The notes under the pieces: generated by a model
Told to the model about the DNA's origin: nothing
Databases searched by the model: none
What the model saw: only the letters and a program-made list of their open reading frames with translations
IMG/VR virus record: IMGVR_UViG_3300005669_000010
Coordinates: 1,139-65,138 of that record
Length of the DNA stretch: 64,000 nucleotides
DNA from: a virus
Strand: one strand, 5' to 3'
Made by a program: the position numbers and the translations under genes
In this document: positions 1 to 8,954 of the stretch, piece after piece
Layout: every line of letters begins with the position of its first letter
Position numbering within the stretch: the first letter of the stretch is position 1

Positions 1-2
1 CC

Positions 3-653
3 CCTCCGCTGACTGGAGTCAACCTCAATGGAACTGTTGTCTGTGCGACTGATAACTATCGAGTTGCAATGGCACCCTGTGAGATTCCAAACTTCACAGA
101 GGAGTCTCTGACTATCCCGGCGGCAACTTTCGCTCCACTCATGAAGGCGCTTGGTGAAGTCAAGATCGGCAGAACAGAGCGACATCTTCTTGTGATGCCC
201 GATGAGTCGACTCAGATCATGGCAACCATCTACGGACAGAAGTATCCTCCGATCGAGCGAATCATCAAGCGCGATGAGGCAAATGCAGTCATGGTGAATC
301 GTGAGCATCTGCTCGAGATGATTGAGCAGGCAATGGTCATGGGACAGCGAGACCGTACACCCCTGCTGAAGATGATCCTCGGCCAGGAGGAGGTCGCCGT
401 CCTCATGGAGGACCAAGAATTGGGTCTTCTCGGAAACGTTCTCGAGGTTCCGGGTCAAGCAGTTCATGGTCGCTTTTATGTCGGATTCACGCCTGACAAC
501 ATCGTCTCCGCGCTCCGGGCTGCCCCGAATGCCGAGGTGACTCTTTGGTACACCGAAGGTATGCCAAAGAAGCCTGTCCGTCTCGATGGTGGATCAGGCT
601 ACGAAGTTCTCATCATGCCACGAAACCTAGAGAAGGGAGCTGATGATGAATGA
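3..653 (+). CDS. dnaN: DNA polymerase III beta sliding clamp-like protein (5'-truncated by window)
   Basis: Frame is open from the window edge: PPLTGVNLNGTVVCATDNYRVAM resembles the DnaN LTGV...ATDxYRL motif; also YPPIERII and C-terminal YEVLIMP. Confidence 0.85.
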   Translation, partial: PPLTGVNLNGTVVCATDNYRVAMAPCEIPNFTEESLTIPAATFAPLMKALGEVKIGRTERHLLVMPDESTQIMATIYGQKYPPIERIIKRDEANAVMVNREHLLEMIEQAMVMGQRDRTPLLKMILGQEEVAVLMEDQELGLLGNVLEVPGQAVHGRFYVGFTPDNIVSALRAAPNAEVTLWYTEGMPKKPVRLDGGSGYEVLIMPRNLEKGADDE

Positions 654-828
654 TCAGCTGAAACTGAAGTTCCTTGTTGTCGGCATTGTCGTCATGCTGC
701 TGGCGTCACTGCTGCTGGCCTTTGCGCCAGAGATGGACGCCCGCAGGTTGATCGGAATCGGACTCATCTTTGTGGTGGGTCTTGGTCTCACGGTCGCGGG
801 CAGTCCAGACTCAAAGAAGGAGGGGTGA
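643..828 (+). CDS. small membrane protein (2 TM)
   Basis: Two hydrophobic segments; overlaps the dnaN stop. Confidence 0.7.
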   Translation: MMNDQLKLKFLVVGIVVMLLASLLLAFAPEMDARRLIGIGLIFVVGLGLTVAGSPDSKKEG

Positions 829-829
829 C

Positions 830-1090
830 ATGCTTGTAGTTTGCCCCGAGTGCGGAAGAGCCTACGACGACGAGTGTCAGTCTGGTGACTGCGGAGACAA
901 AGCTGTTGCAGTCTTCACGGGAGATATCCCCACGAGTCACGCAAAGACCAAGAACGAGACGGCGGCGCAGGCTCACCACAACTACACCGCCGCTTCGTGG
1001 ATCGGCCACGGCACTGGAACCGGCACAACCGCCCCCCAGCGCCCCAGGAGCGGCGGTTCCCGCCCCTCTGGGCGTCGTCGGGGTAAATGA
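830..1090 (+). CDS. hypothetical protein with CxxC
   Basis: AGGAGG RBS before ATG 830; MLVVCPECG. Confidence 0.6.
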   Translation: MLVVCPECGRAYDDECQSGDCGDKAVAVFTGDIPTSHAKTKNETAAQAHHNYTAASWIGHGTGTGTTAPQRPRSGGSRPSGRRRGK

Positions 1091-1134
1091 CACCACCAAC
1101 CTAGAAGCGAACGCTAGAACGGACGGAAATAGGC

Positions 1135-2016
1135 ATGAAGGAAATCAGGTCAGTCTACATTGCTGGGCCAATCGCGGGTCACCCGAACGGAAACATCATC
1201 TCTTTCAGGAGGGCATTCAATCGACTCAAGGGACTTGGCCTGTTTCCGGTCAACCCTCATGACGTGGACCCAGACGATCACCTCGGAGACTGTCCTCCAG
1301 GTGCCCCAGCGGGACAGACTGGCGACGGCGAGGAGGCTCCGCACACCGCGCCTTGCTACATGAGGACCGACATGCGAGCACTGTTGGACTGTGACGCGAT
1401 TTACATGCTCAAGGGCTTCGAGAAGTCGAGTGGAGCAACAACAGAGCTTGCAGTCGCAAAGGCTGCTGGTCTGACGATCCTGATGGAGTCGGGCGACGCA
1501 CTCGATGCTGTCGCAATCGAAAGCCAGGCCGAGTGGTCAGCAGAGACCTTCGGACCCAACATGAGGCCGGGAGTTGTTGAGCATATCCGAAAAGAGCTCA
1601 TTGAGATCGAGAATAGCGGTTACCAAGATCTCGAAGAATGGATCGACGTGATGATTCTCGCAGTCGATGGAGCCTGGAGGGCTGGGTACTCGGCGCCCCA
1701 GATTCTCGAGGCCTATCACAAAAAGCAGATCAAGAACCGCGCTCGGACGTGGCCGGACTGGCAGACTGCAAGTGACGACGCGCCCATCGAGCATGACCGG
1801 ACAGGCGAGAAAGAGTCGTTTGCCACAAGGCTCATGAAGTCTGGCACGGATCAGATGATGTCTGATTTGCTCGATGACTCGACCCTTCCTGAGTGGTTGG
1901 CTCAGAGGTTCGCGACAGATGACTGGGATGAGATGAGTGATGTCGACAAGGATTACTGGAAACACCAAGCGGCGGCCGTCACCAGGGCCGTCTTGCGCGG
2001 AGGCTTCAGGAAATGA
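1135..2016 (+). CDS. DUF4406 (nucleoside deoxyribosyltransferase-like) fused to DUF550 (dATP/dGTP pyrophosphohydrolase-like)
   Basis: N-term VYIAGP...NPH...CDAIYMLKGFEKSSGATTE; C-term EWSAETFGP...HIRKELIE...EWIDVMILAVDGAWRAG...KNRARTWPDW...IEH. Confidence 0.8.
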   Translation: MKEIRSVYIAGPIAGHPNGNIISFRRAFNRLKGLGLFPVNPHDVDPDDHLGDCPPGAPAGQTGDGEEAPHTAPCYMRTDMRALLDCDAIYMLKGFEKSSGATTELAVAKAAGLTILMESGDALDAVAIESQAEWSAETFGPNMRPGVVEHIRKELIEIENSGYQDLEEWIDVMILAVDGAWRAGYSAPQILEAYHKKQIKNRARTWPDWQTASDDAPIEHDRTGEKESFATRLMKSGTDQMMSDLLDDSTLPEWLAQRFATDDWDEMSDVDKDYWKHQAAAVTRAVLRGGFRK

Positions 2017-2534
2017 GCGAAAGCCTTTGGATCTACTTGGACATCAACCCAGAGCCGTGGGCTGTCGGCCCGCTTTCCCTTGGGCGCAAGAATGGGAAGA
2101 TGTACCCTCGCATGGGCAGAAATAACGCCGTCCATACCTTCAAGGAAGAGGTGCGAGCTGAACTTGAAGATCGAAAGCTCTCGCTCCCCGAGGGCTTGTA
2201 CGATCTCCAGTTCTTCTTCTGGCGGCGCCTTGACTCGTACGTCTCGGAGTCTGGCAGGAAAGCTTCTGCTCACGTCGCCGACGCTACAAATATGCAAAAG
2301 GCTCTGGAAGATGCGCTGCAGGGAGTCTTGATTGGGAACGATCGAGATGTGCGTCACGTCGAGTCTGAGATTGTCGAACAGGGGCCTGACGTCAAGCCAT
2401 GCATCGTGATTCGCGCCGAGACTTGGCAACCGATTCCCATTCACCTTCGGATTCCACTGGACATCATGGACTCTGTTCGGGCGACGGCAATCGAGGTTGC
2501 CGGGTTTAACAACGACTGGTCCGGGCCGTCATGA
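2013..2534 (+). CDS. rusA: RusA-like Holliday junction resolvase
   Basis: DATNMQKALEDALQGVLIGNDRDV matches the RusA DxxNxxKxxxDAL...D motif. Confidence 0.8.
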   Translation: MSESLWIYLDINPEPWAVGPLSLGRKNGKMYPRMGRNNAVHTFKEEVRAELEDRKLSLPEGLYDLQFFFWRRLDSYVSESGRKASAHVADATNMQKALEDALQGVLIGNDRDVRHVESEIVEQGPDVKPCIVIRAETWQPIPIHLRIPLDIMDSVRATAIEVAGFNNDWSGPS

Positions 2535-2905
2535 GCAAGAAGATCAGCATTCACTCAGATGGGACCGGCCAGGGGACGGTCGTTCTCACGGAGGACGGTG
2601 AAGCGCTCGCGAACATCTCGGAATTGAGTATCAGTATCGAGCCGGGAGATGTCGTTCGTGCAACGCTCTATGTCAACAGGCCTATTGTCAACGTAGTTGC
2701 AGATTCCGCTGAAGTCGTAATGACGTGTCCCATCTGCTCGGAGTCGCATGAACACAGGTGCAACCCCAGCTTTCCGGGTGACAATGTCTTACTCGATCAC
2801 CGCTGCGAATCAAAGCTCGTCCTACAGGACCCCTACACAGCGAGCCAGTGCATCCGCAAAAGAGAGCACAGCAAAGCGCACTTTGACGGAGAGCGGGTCT
2901 GGTAA
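2531..2905 (+). CDS. hypothetical protein with Cys/His metal-binding motifs
   Basis: ATGA coupling; CPIC..H.H.C and C...C...H...H. Confidence 0.65.
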   Translation: MSKKISIHSDGTGQGTVVLTEDGEALANISELSISIEPGDVVRATLYVNRPIVNVVADSAEVVMTCPICSESHEHRCNPSFPGDNVLLDHRCESKLVLQDPYTASQCIRKREHSKAHFDGERVW

Positions 2906-3213
2906 TGATCGAAGTAGTTGCATGGTTCGGGAGTGGGCAGAATAGAGAACTTGCTCACATTCGCATGGAGAACTTGACAACCTCCACTGACCCGGAGTAT
3001 GGTGACTATTCTGTTCAGATTGCAGTAAACACGGGAGCTGGTGTTGCAATGTATCAGCGAGCCGTACACAACTTTCCAAGAAAAAGATTCAACGTTCTTG
3101 GCCTCATGAAGATAGCCTTGGACACACTCAATGAAAAGGAATTGTACCTTGACGCAGACCCAGATGCCCCCAGTACATCAGATCTGGCAAGGAGACTCCC
3201 GAGAACTTTGTGA
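2905..3213 (+). CDS. hypothetical protein
   Basis: TAATG coupling with the upstream gene. Confidence 0.65.
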   Translation: MIEVVAWFGSGQNRELAHIRMENLTTSTDPEYGDYSVQIAVNTGAGVAMYQRAVHNFPRKRFNVLGLMKIALDTLNEKELYLDADPDAPSTSDLARRLPRTL

Positions 3214-3883
3214 GAGGTTCAAGTGGGTCGACTGCATCATCACCGATCCGCCGTTCGGTGTTGACAATCAGTCCAACATGGCTGTCACGGATCATGGAAA
3301 AGCCCATGCCACCAAGATCATGAATGACGAGACGCCCGAACAGGCAATCGAGATCTTCAAGGGCGTGATGAGTGTACTCCTTCCGAAGCTGAAAGACAAC
3401 GCGGACTGCTACGTCTTCACTTCGCATCAGGTCCTCAAGGAATGGCTCATCATGCTGGATGACTTCATGCCACAGTTCGGACTCCAGCGAAAAGCTGTCT
3501 TGTACTGGGAGAAGGACGGACCCGGCATGGGTGACCTCAACTGCCCCTGGGGAATGGGCGGAGAGTACATCATGTTCTTCCAGAAGGGGCGGCGCGAAAA
3601 GACCGGCGAGCGGAGGAACAGTGTCATTCGAGGCCCTCAGGTCCGCCCCGACAAGCTGATCCACCCCCACGAGAAGCCGGGGTGGCTCCTGGAGATGCTC
3701 ATGAAGCAGTCTACGGTCAAGGGCGACTTCCTTGTTGACCCGTTCGGCGGATCGGGCAGTCTCGCCGTGGCGGCGAGGAATATTGACCGGAACGCAGTCT
3801 GCATCGAACTGGACCCTGCGCGGTACGAAAAGGCCAAGGCACGGCTGGATTCGGTCGAGGAAGGATTCGGCTTCGGTGACTGA
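3164..3883 (+). CDS. DNA N6-adenine/N4-cytosine methyltransferase (beta class)
   Basis: Motif IV DPPF precedes HPHEKP and motif I DPFGGSGS. Confidence 0.92.
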   Translation: MPPVHQIWQGDSRELCERFKWVDCIITDPPFGVDNQSNMAVTDHGKAHATKIMNDETPEQAIEIFKGVMSVLLPKLKDNADCYVFTSHQVLKEWLIMLDDFMPQFGLQRKAVLYWEKDGPGMGDLNCPWGMGGEYIMFFQKGRREKTGERRNSVIRGPQVRPDKLIHPHEKPGWLLEMLMKQSTVKGDFLVDPFGGSGSLAVAARNIDRNAVCIELDPARYEKAKARLDSVEEGFGFGD

Positions 3884-3890
3884 CTAGTTC

Positions 3891-3945
3891 CGACACGCCG
3901 TTATCGTACTAGCGGCTTCCCCGTCAATCATCGGCACGGTACGAT
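3891..3945 (+). promoter_or_regulatory. promoter of the whiB locus with a CGACACGCCG (WhiA-type GACAC) motif
   Basis: CGACACGCCG 3891-3900; -10 TACGAT 3940-3945. Confidence 0.45.
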
Positions 3946-3983
3946 CCGACAAAGACCATTCTTCCTACCCAGGAGTACATCTC

Positions 3984-4430
3984 ATGACCGAGCCCAACGA
4001 GCCGCGAGAGCTCAGCCCTGTCCAACTCGGATACAAGCATTCAGTCGACAAGGACTTCCGCGCCCACCCCGTCAAGATCGAAGCACAGGAACAGGAGCCG
4101 GTTGAACCTCCGGCCCCAAAAGACTCATCTGCTCTGGAGTATGTGGAATCAAAGACACAGGACTCACAGCAGCAGACTGCGCCCGTCGTGTCGGAGACCC
4201 CTGCCCTCCCCGTATCGCCGCCGATTCCGACTCAGGTGAGCCCGCAAGAGGCTGTGGACTCGGAGAGTGGGAAGAACAGCAAGTCGAACGAGCAAGGTCA
4301 AACGAACTCGAATCCGACAGACCCCGAGGACGAGACCTCGTCGCAAACTTCCTCTTCGGACCCGAAGACTGGACCAAGCTTGCCGCCTGCGCCGGTAAGG
4401 CCCCCCGCCGCTCAGAAGGTTCCGAAGTAG
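3984..4430 (+). CDS. zero-frame product of the whiB locus; low-complexity P/S/Q/E protein
   Basis: AGGAG RBS before ATG 3984. Confidence 0.6.
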   Translation: MTEPNEPRELSPVQLGYKHSVDKDFRAHPVKIEAQEQEPVEPPAPKDSSALEYVESKTQDSQQQTAPVVSETPALPVSPPIPTQVSPQEAVDSESGKNSKSNEQGQTNSNPTDPEDETSSQTSSSDPKTGPSLPPAPVRPPAAQKVPK

Positions 4431-4573
4431 ACCCCTGGTTTCCAAAGCGGGGAGAGCCAAAGACAACTGCGCAGCTTATTTGCGTAACATGTCCTGTTAG
4501 AAAAGAATGTGACGAATATCGAAACAGGACAGACTCCTCGGGAATCTGGGCTGGAACAATCAAGAAAAGGTGA
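4106..4573 (+). CDS. whiB: WhiB-family Fe-S transcription factor; frame has no ATG/GTG/TTG, probably expressed as join(3984..4121,4121..4573) by -1 frameshift
   Basis: Manual translation: DWTKLAAC...DPWFPKRGE..TAQLICVTCPVRKECDEY...GIWAG (four Cys plus GIWxG). Absent from the ORF track. Confidence 0.85.
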   Translation, partial: TSGPKRLICSGVCGIKDTGLTAADCARRVGDPCPPRIAADSDSGEPARGCGLGEWEEQQVERARSNELESDRPRGRDLVANFLFGPEDWTKLAACAGKAPRRSEGSEVDPWFPKRGEPKTTAQLICVTCPVRKECDEYRNRTDSSGIWAGTIKKR

Positions 4574-4579
4574 ATCATC

Positions 4580-4996
4580 ATGAGTGATGAAGTCGAAGAG
4601 ACAGAAGTTGTCGATGCCGAGGGCGAGGGACTTGGAACTCGATACGAGGTTCGGAAGATCTCTGATCCCGAGGGAAAGCACATTGACTGCAAGTACTTCG
4701 TGCTCGATGTGCAGCATGATCCGATTGCTCGAGAAGCGCTCGCCCAGTACGCGCAGGTCGCTCGTGCAAATGGACTTACTGCGTTGGCTTCTGATCTGGA
4801 CGAGTGGCTTGTTCTCACAGAGTACACTCCACTGGCTCAGGTGAGTGCACTCGATCAGGGTTACTACTGCAGCAGTTGTGGATTCTTCGAGAACGAACTC
4901 GAGATTGTCCAAAGCGAAGAGGACCCCGAGGGTACGTGTCAGGCCTGTGGATGCACTACAGGACATCACACCGAGGCCTTGGTGATGCCGAAATGA
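4580..4996 (+). CDS. hypothetical protein with C-terminal Zn ribbon
   Basis: YFVLD..HDP.AR.AL..YA motif; CSSC...CQAC. Confidence 0.7.
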   Translation: MSDEVEETEVVDAEGEGLGTRYEVRKISDPEGKHIDCKYFVLDVQHDPIAREALAQYAQVARANGLTALASDLDEWLVLTEYTPLAQVSALDQGYYCSSCGFFENELEIVQSEEDPEGTCQACGCTTGHHTEALVMPK

Positions 4997-6189
4997 TCCC
5001 CAAGACACTATCTGCATCTTCGCTGCAGGTTGCGGCGCTGTGCATGGATCGCTGGAAAGCGGAGTACGTTGATCGCATACCGAGCGAAAGTAACTCGGCG
5101 GCTGATGTAGGTACGGCTGTCCACGGTGGGCTCGAAGAGTTCGTCAAGGCTGTCTTTATTCTGAAGACCCATGCGCACCTGTCCCGCGCCCAGCAGAAGG
5201 ATTACCTCATCACGCTGTATCAGATGAGTTATGTCCAGACCTTTGGCACAACAGACTTCGAAACTGACACCTACAAGGATGGCCTGGACCTCACCGAGAG
5301 GTGGTTCAAGCGTACCGACCTCGGGACAAAGGAAATGGTCGGAGTCGAGTCGGCTGAGCTCAAGGAGACTATCAAGGTCCCCTACAATCATCCCGACGGA
5401 ACTGTCCATGAGGTCCCATTCAACTACATCATGGACCGAGTTGACCAAATCGAGGACACGATCTGGGAAGTCGTTGATTACAAGTCGATTCGCGTGCCGA
5501 TCACCCCGGACGACCTCGAGGGCAAAGTTCAGGCTCGTGCCTACGCACTTGCAATCCAGATCAAGCACCCGGAGGCCACGAAGGTAAAGGTCACGTTTGA
5601 CCTGTTGCGTCACGAGCCGGTCAGCATCTGGTTCTCGCGTGATGACAATATCGCATTCTGGCGCTTCTTGTGCAGTGAGACACAGCGCATCATTGACTTG
5701 AAGGTCGAAGATGTCCGTCCCAAGCTGAACCCAGAGTGCGGGTTCTGCGTCAAGAAGTTCTCCTGCAAGTTGATGCAGGAGAACATCGCGGGGGGCGGAG
5801 TCAACTCCCTGGACGTGAACGAGTCCATCGACATGATTTCCAAGCTCCAGGCCCAGATGAAAGCAAACAAGCGCATCATTGAGGATCTTGAGGATCGGGT
5901 CATGCGTCACGCAGCCGAAAACGAGATTCTTGAATGGGTCACGGACAACGGGGAGCATCAGGTAGAGATCGGTGTAGGTCGTCGGCGCGCATTCCCGGCC
6001 AACCAAGCCGCCGAGGTTATGGGTCCCGAGTTGTTTGCACAGATGGGGAGCATGACACTCGGAAATCTCGAAAAGATCATCAAGGATGAGTCACTTGACG
6101 CTGAGATGCGGATGAAGCTTCAGGAACTGATCACATGGACAAACGGAAACCTTCAGCTGAAGATCAAGCCGAAGAAGACTATCCTCTAG
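4993..6189 (+). CDS. RecB/Cas4-like PD-(D/E)XK exonuclease
   Basis: LSASSL..C, GTAVH, MDRVD...VVDYKS, Q...Y, CGFC..C. Confidence 0.9.
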   Translation: MIPKTLSASSLQVAALCMDRWKAEYVDRIPSESNSAADVGTAVHGGLEEFVKAVFILKTHAHLSRAQQKDYLITLYQMSYVQTFGTTDFETDTYKDGLDLTERWFKRTDLGTKEMVGVESAELKETIKVPYNHPDGTVHEVPFNYIMDRVDQIEDTIWEVVDYKSIRVPITPDDLEGKVQARAYALAIQIKHPEATKVKVTFDLLRHEPVSIWFSRDDNIAFWRFLCSETQRIIDLKVEDVRPKLNPECGFCVKKFSCKLMQENIAGGGVNSLDVNESIDMISKLQAQMKANKRIIEDLEDRVMRHAAENEILEWVTDNGEHQVEIGVGRRRAFPANQAAEVMGPELFAQMGSMTLGNLEKIIKDESLDAEMRMKLQELITWTNGNLQLKIKPKKTIL

Positions 6190-6197
6190 GAGGAGAC

Positions 6198-6368
6198 ATG
6201 GCAAAAGAAGTTTGCGAGAACTGTGGCAAGGCCATCAAGGTGAGCATCAACAAGGGGCAGGGTTACTGCTCGGAGAATTGCAAGTCGATTCTCCTTGGCG
6301 ACCCCGTACTGAGTGAGCTCATTGCCCAGGGTGGACGAGTGGAGATTGATCCTCGTGGTATCCGCTAA
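6198..6368 (+). CDS. small Zn-finger protein
   Basis: AGGAGGAG RBS; CENC...YCSENC. Confidence 0.7.
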   Translation: MAKEVCENCGKAIKVSINKGQGYCSENCKSILLGDPVLSELIAQGGRVEIDPRGIR

Positions 6369-6621
6369 CGATCCGATCTCGCCTGCCGAGGCGACGGGAA
6401 TCGAGTTTCACTCGGTCTATCAGGCAAACATCAATGCGGGATTCAGTGAAGCCGAGGCTCTCTATATCCTCGGATGCCAGATCACAGGAAATCCCGGCCC
6501 TGCGCCGGGACCGCCTCCGAGTGTGATGGACCACGCACTACTGTGTGCTCATGGTGCAGTCATCTGTGCTCGGTGTGACTTCATTCCTCCGAGTTGGAGT
6601 CCGGCTGACTGGCCGAGATAA
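6313..6621 (+). CDS. hypothetical protein; last gene of the rightward block
   Basis: YQANINAGFSEAEAL motif; start uncertain. Confidence 0.55.
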   Translation: MSSLPRVDEWRLILVVSANDPISPAEATGIEFHSVYQANINAGFSEAEALYILGCQITGNPGPAPGPPPSVMDHALLCAHGAVICARCDFIPPSWSPADWPR

Positions 6622-7291
6622 CACAGTTGTAGGACTCGTCTGTACCTAGTGTACAGGTGAAGATGCTTCCTTCGTAACGAAGAACAAGTGTTGAAGGAAA
6701 GGTTCCCGGCGGACCCTGGGGGCCGGTGGCACCGGTTGCCCCGGTTGCGCCGTCCTTTCCGTCAGTGCCATCTTTCCCCGCAGGGCCAGTGGCTCCAGTG
6801 GCACCATCCTTTCCGTCGGTGCCGCTGGAGCCATCCTTGCCTGCGCTTCCGGTTGCTCCGGTCGATCCGGGCTCACCGTTTAGCCCGTCTTTACCGTCCC
6901 GACCGTCCGCACCATCTGCTCCTGGAGATCCGTTAAGTCCGTCACGGCCCGCGAGGCCCTGTATGCCCGGAAGTCCTGGAGGCCCGATCTCTGTTGCTGG
7001 CGGCGCTACTGCTGTTGCACAACCGGGGGCTGTTGATTCCTTGTCTTTGCAGGCTTCGAACTGACGCCGCTGCGCCTCAAGCGCACTCTCGAGATTCTCG
7101 ATTCGAAGCGTGCGCTCCTGCGCCCCAGCCTTGAAGTCTGTGACTTTATCTCGTGCAATGCTGGCCTCGTGGAGAGCGAACGCGCCCAGGGTGGTGAGCA
7201 AGCCGAAGCACAGTGCGGCGAGAAGGTACCACCATCCTCGCCTGCGCTGCGCTGCATCAACTTGCTTCAGAGGGTCGTCGGTAATGTTCAT
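6581..7291 (-). CDS. membrane-anchored coiled-coil and collagen-like protein (lysis cassette)
   Basis: N-terminal TM, coiled coil, long Gly-X-Y run with repeated GKDGTDGKDGATGATG. Confidence 0.85.
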   Translation of the reverse strand: MNITDDPLKQVDAAQRRRGWWYLLAALCFGLLTTLGAFALHEASIARDKVTDFKAGAQERTLRIENLESALEAQRRQFEACKDKESTAPGCATAVAPPATEIGPPGLPGIQGLAGRDGLNGSPGADGADGRDGKDGLNGEPGSTGATGSAGKDGSSGTDGKDGATGATGPAGKDGTDGKDGATGATGATGPQGPPGTFPSTLVLRYEGSIFTCTLGTDESYNCVISASQPDSNSEE

Positions 7292-7590
7292 CAGTCCCCC
7301 TCCTCAGGGGCCTTTGGCTCATTCGGCTTCTCTGGAAGTTTGACGCCTGCCTGGCGAGCGTGGAACTCAACCGTTCCGGCCCAGTTTCGCCAGTAGTCCC
7401 TGAGGTCAATGGCATAATCTCGGTCGCGCCACGCTTCCTTGCGCTGCCTCACGAGTTCAGCGACTGTTTCTCGCTCCCTTGCCCTTGCCCCGCCCTGTAG
7501 TGACCTAATGCCCTGAAACAAGGCCCCTATTGTGGCAACCGCACCGCCACCTAGGAGCATCTGAAGCAGATCGCCGGTATCCACTATCAC
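7291..7590 (-). CDS. membrane protein (lysis cassette)
   Basis: LLGGGAVATIGALF TM followed by a coiled coil. Confidence 0.75.
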   Translation of the reverse strand: MIVDTGDLLQMLLGGGAVATIGALFQGIRSLQGGARARERETVAELVRQRKEAWRDRDYAIDLRDYWRNWAGTVEFHARQAGVKLPEKPNEPKAPEEGD

Positions 7591-8033
7591 TCTCCCTTGT
7601 AGTCTTTGCTACCGACAATCATTGCAAACTTTCTTACGCTTCTCACGTCCCGCCAGCGGGCAACAAGGCCTGAAGCAAATGAGAGTAGGACAATCCCAAA
7701 GGCTATCCTAACTAGGCCTCCACCGGGCTGAGTCGAGACTATAGCAGAGACGCCATAGAAGGCAATCACCGACGCCAATAGCGGGAGGCCTGCGTACTCC
7801 CCTATCCACTTATCTGTAAATGCACCATAGAGGCACACGCAGGCGGAAAAGATCATGCCAACGGCCCACGCCACCGCCACAAACCTTGTTACCTGCTCGA
7901 CTACGAGGGTGCTGGGTTCAATCAGAAGAAAAGTACCTGACATGACCAAGCCCGTGTACTGAGGGATTCGCCAGCTCCTGTTGATGGTCACAGCCTTCAA
8001 GAGTGCGTCTCCTTCAGTCACGGGCCTGATCAT
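7587..8033 (-). CDS. 4-TM membrane protein, holin-like
   Basis: Four hydrophobic segments directly downstream of the endolysin. Confidence 0.7.
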   Translation of the reverse strand: MIRPVTEGDALLKAVTINRSWRIPQYTGLVMSGTFLLIEPSTLVVEQVTRFVAVAWAVGMIFSACVCLYGAFTDKWIGEYAGLPLLASVIAFYGVSAIVSTQPGGGLVRIAFGIVLLSFASGLVARWRDVRSVRKFAMIVGSKDYKGE

Positions 8034-8037
8034 GTCA

Positions 8038-8706
8038 CTACTTCGTCTTGGGCCTCTTGGAAACCAGCGACGACATCGGGACAAGCAGGCCGTTCTGGTT
8101 GATTCCCCAGTACGTCTTGCCAACCCGAAGGCGGGCAATGACAGTGAACTTCTGGCCCTTGTTCAGGCTTCGAAGCACCTTCGACTTCGTGGTGGGCTGC
8201 TCGTAAGCCCGCTGGTTCTTCTTCAGGTAGAAGACGCCGGGCTTGCCGTTCGCCTTCCACGGGGCGACGAACAGCGGGAAGACGAGCATCTTGTAGCCGG
8301 TGTCCGGGCCGTTGTTGGCAAGGGCATTTCGGCGCTTGTGGTACGAAACGATCTGCGCCTTCGCGCCACGACTTGCGGTGCCGTCGCCGTCCACGATTCC
8401 GTGTCCGTGTCGCGCCCAGACGCCACGGATTGCGAGGCGGTCGTAGTACCCAACGCCAAGAATGCGGAACAACCGCTCGCGATTCTTGATGTTGAAGGCG
8501 CTCGTGTCGAAGGCCGCTCCACCGTCGTGCGTGCCCGCACTCTGGACGACACCACCCTTGTTGTAGCCGCCCTGCACGACGGTGACCGGGGAAGTTTCGC
8601 CACCGTAGCGCTTCGACTTCAGGATGATGTTTGCGGCATCGAGAATCGCCTTCGTTCCTCGATTGACCTTTCGCCCCTGATAGGAGACAACGTCAGACCA
8701 CTGCAT
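8038..8706 (-). CDS. endolysin (M15-like Zn peptidase plus SH3-like C-terminal domain)
   Basis: QGGY...SAGTHDGGAAFD...HGH motif; basic C-terminal beta domain. Confidence 0.85.
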   Translation of the reverse strand: MQWSDVVSYQGRKVNRGTKAILDAANIILKSKRYGGETSPVTVVQGGYNKGGVVQSAGTHDGGAAFDTSAFNIKNRERLFRILGVGYYDRLAIRGVWARHGHGIVDGDGTASRGAKAQIVSYHKRRNALANNGPDTGYKMLVFPLFVAPWKANGKPGVFYLKKNQRAYEQPTTKSKVLRSLNKGQKFTVIARLRVGKTYWGINQNGLLVPMSSLVSKRPKTK

Positions 8707-8954
8707 CAGTCGGCCTCCTCGTCAAGCGCGAAGAAGTCGGTCTCGAAGGGCTCGTCGTCTTCGACTCCCTCGTCCTCGACCTCGTCGCCACCGGCTCCGT
8801 CAAAGTCGACATACTCTTCGTCGGAAGGCTCGAGCCGAAGTTCAGCTCGAGCGGCGCGAACCGAGGCGACGACCGCTTCAGGATCAGCCACGTACTCAGT
8901 CTCATCGACCTCGACCGCGAGGCCGTCGACTTCGATCTCTCGCGACTCAGCCAT
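8706..8954 (-). CDS. small highly acidic protein
   Basis: MAESREIEVDG...; TGATG-coupled to the endolysin. Confidence 0.7.
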   Translation of the reverse strand: MAESREIEVDGLAVEVDETEYVADPEAVVASVRAARAELRLEPSDEEYVDFDGAGGDEVEDEGVEDDEPFETDFFALDEEAD

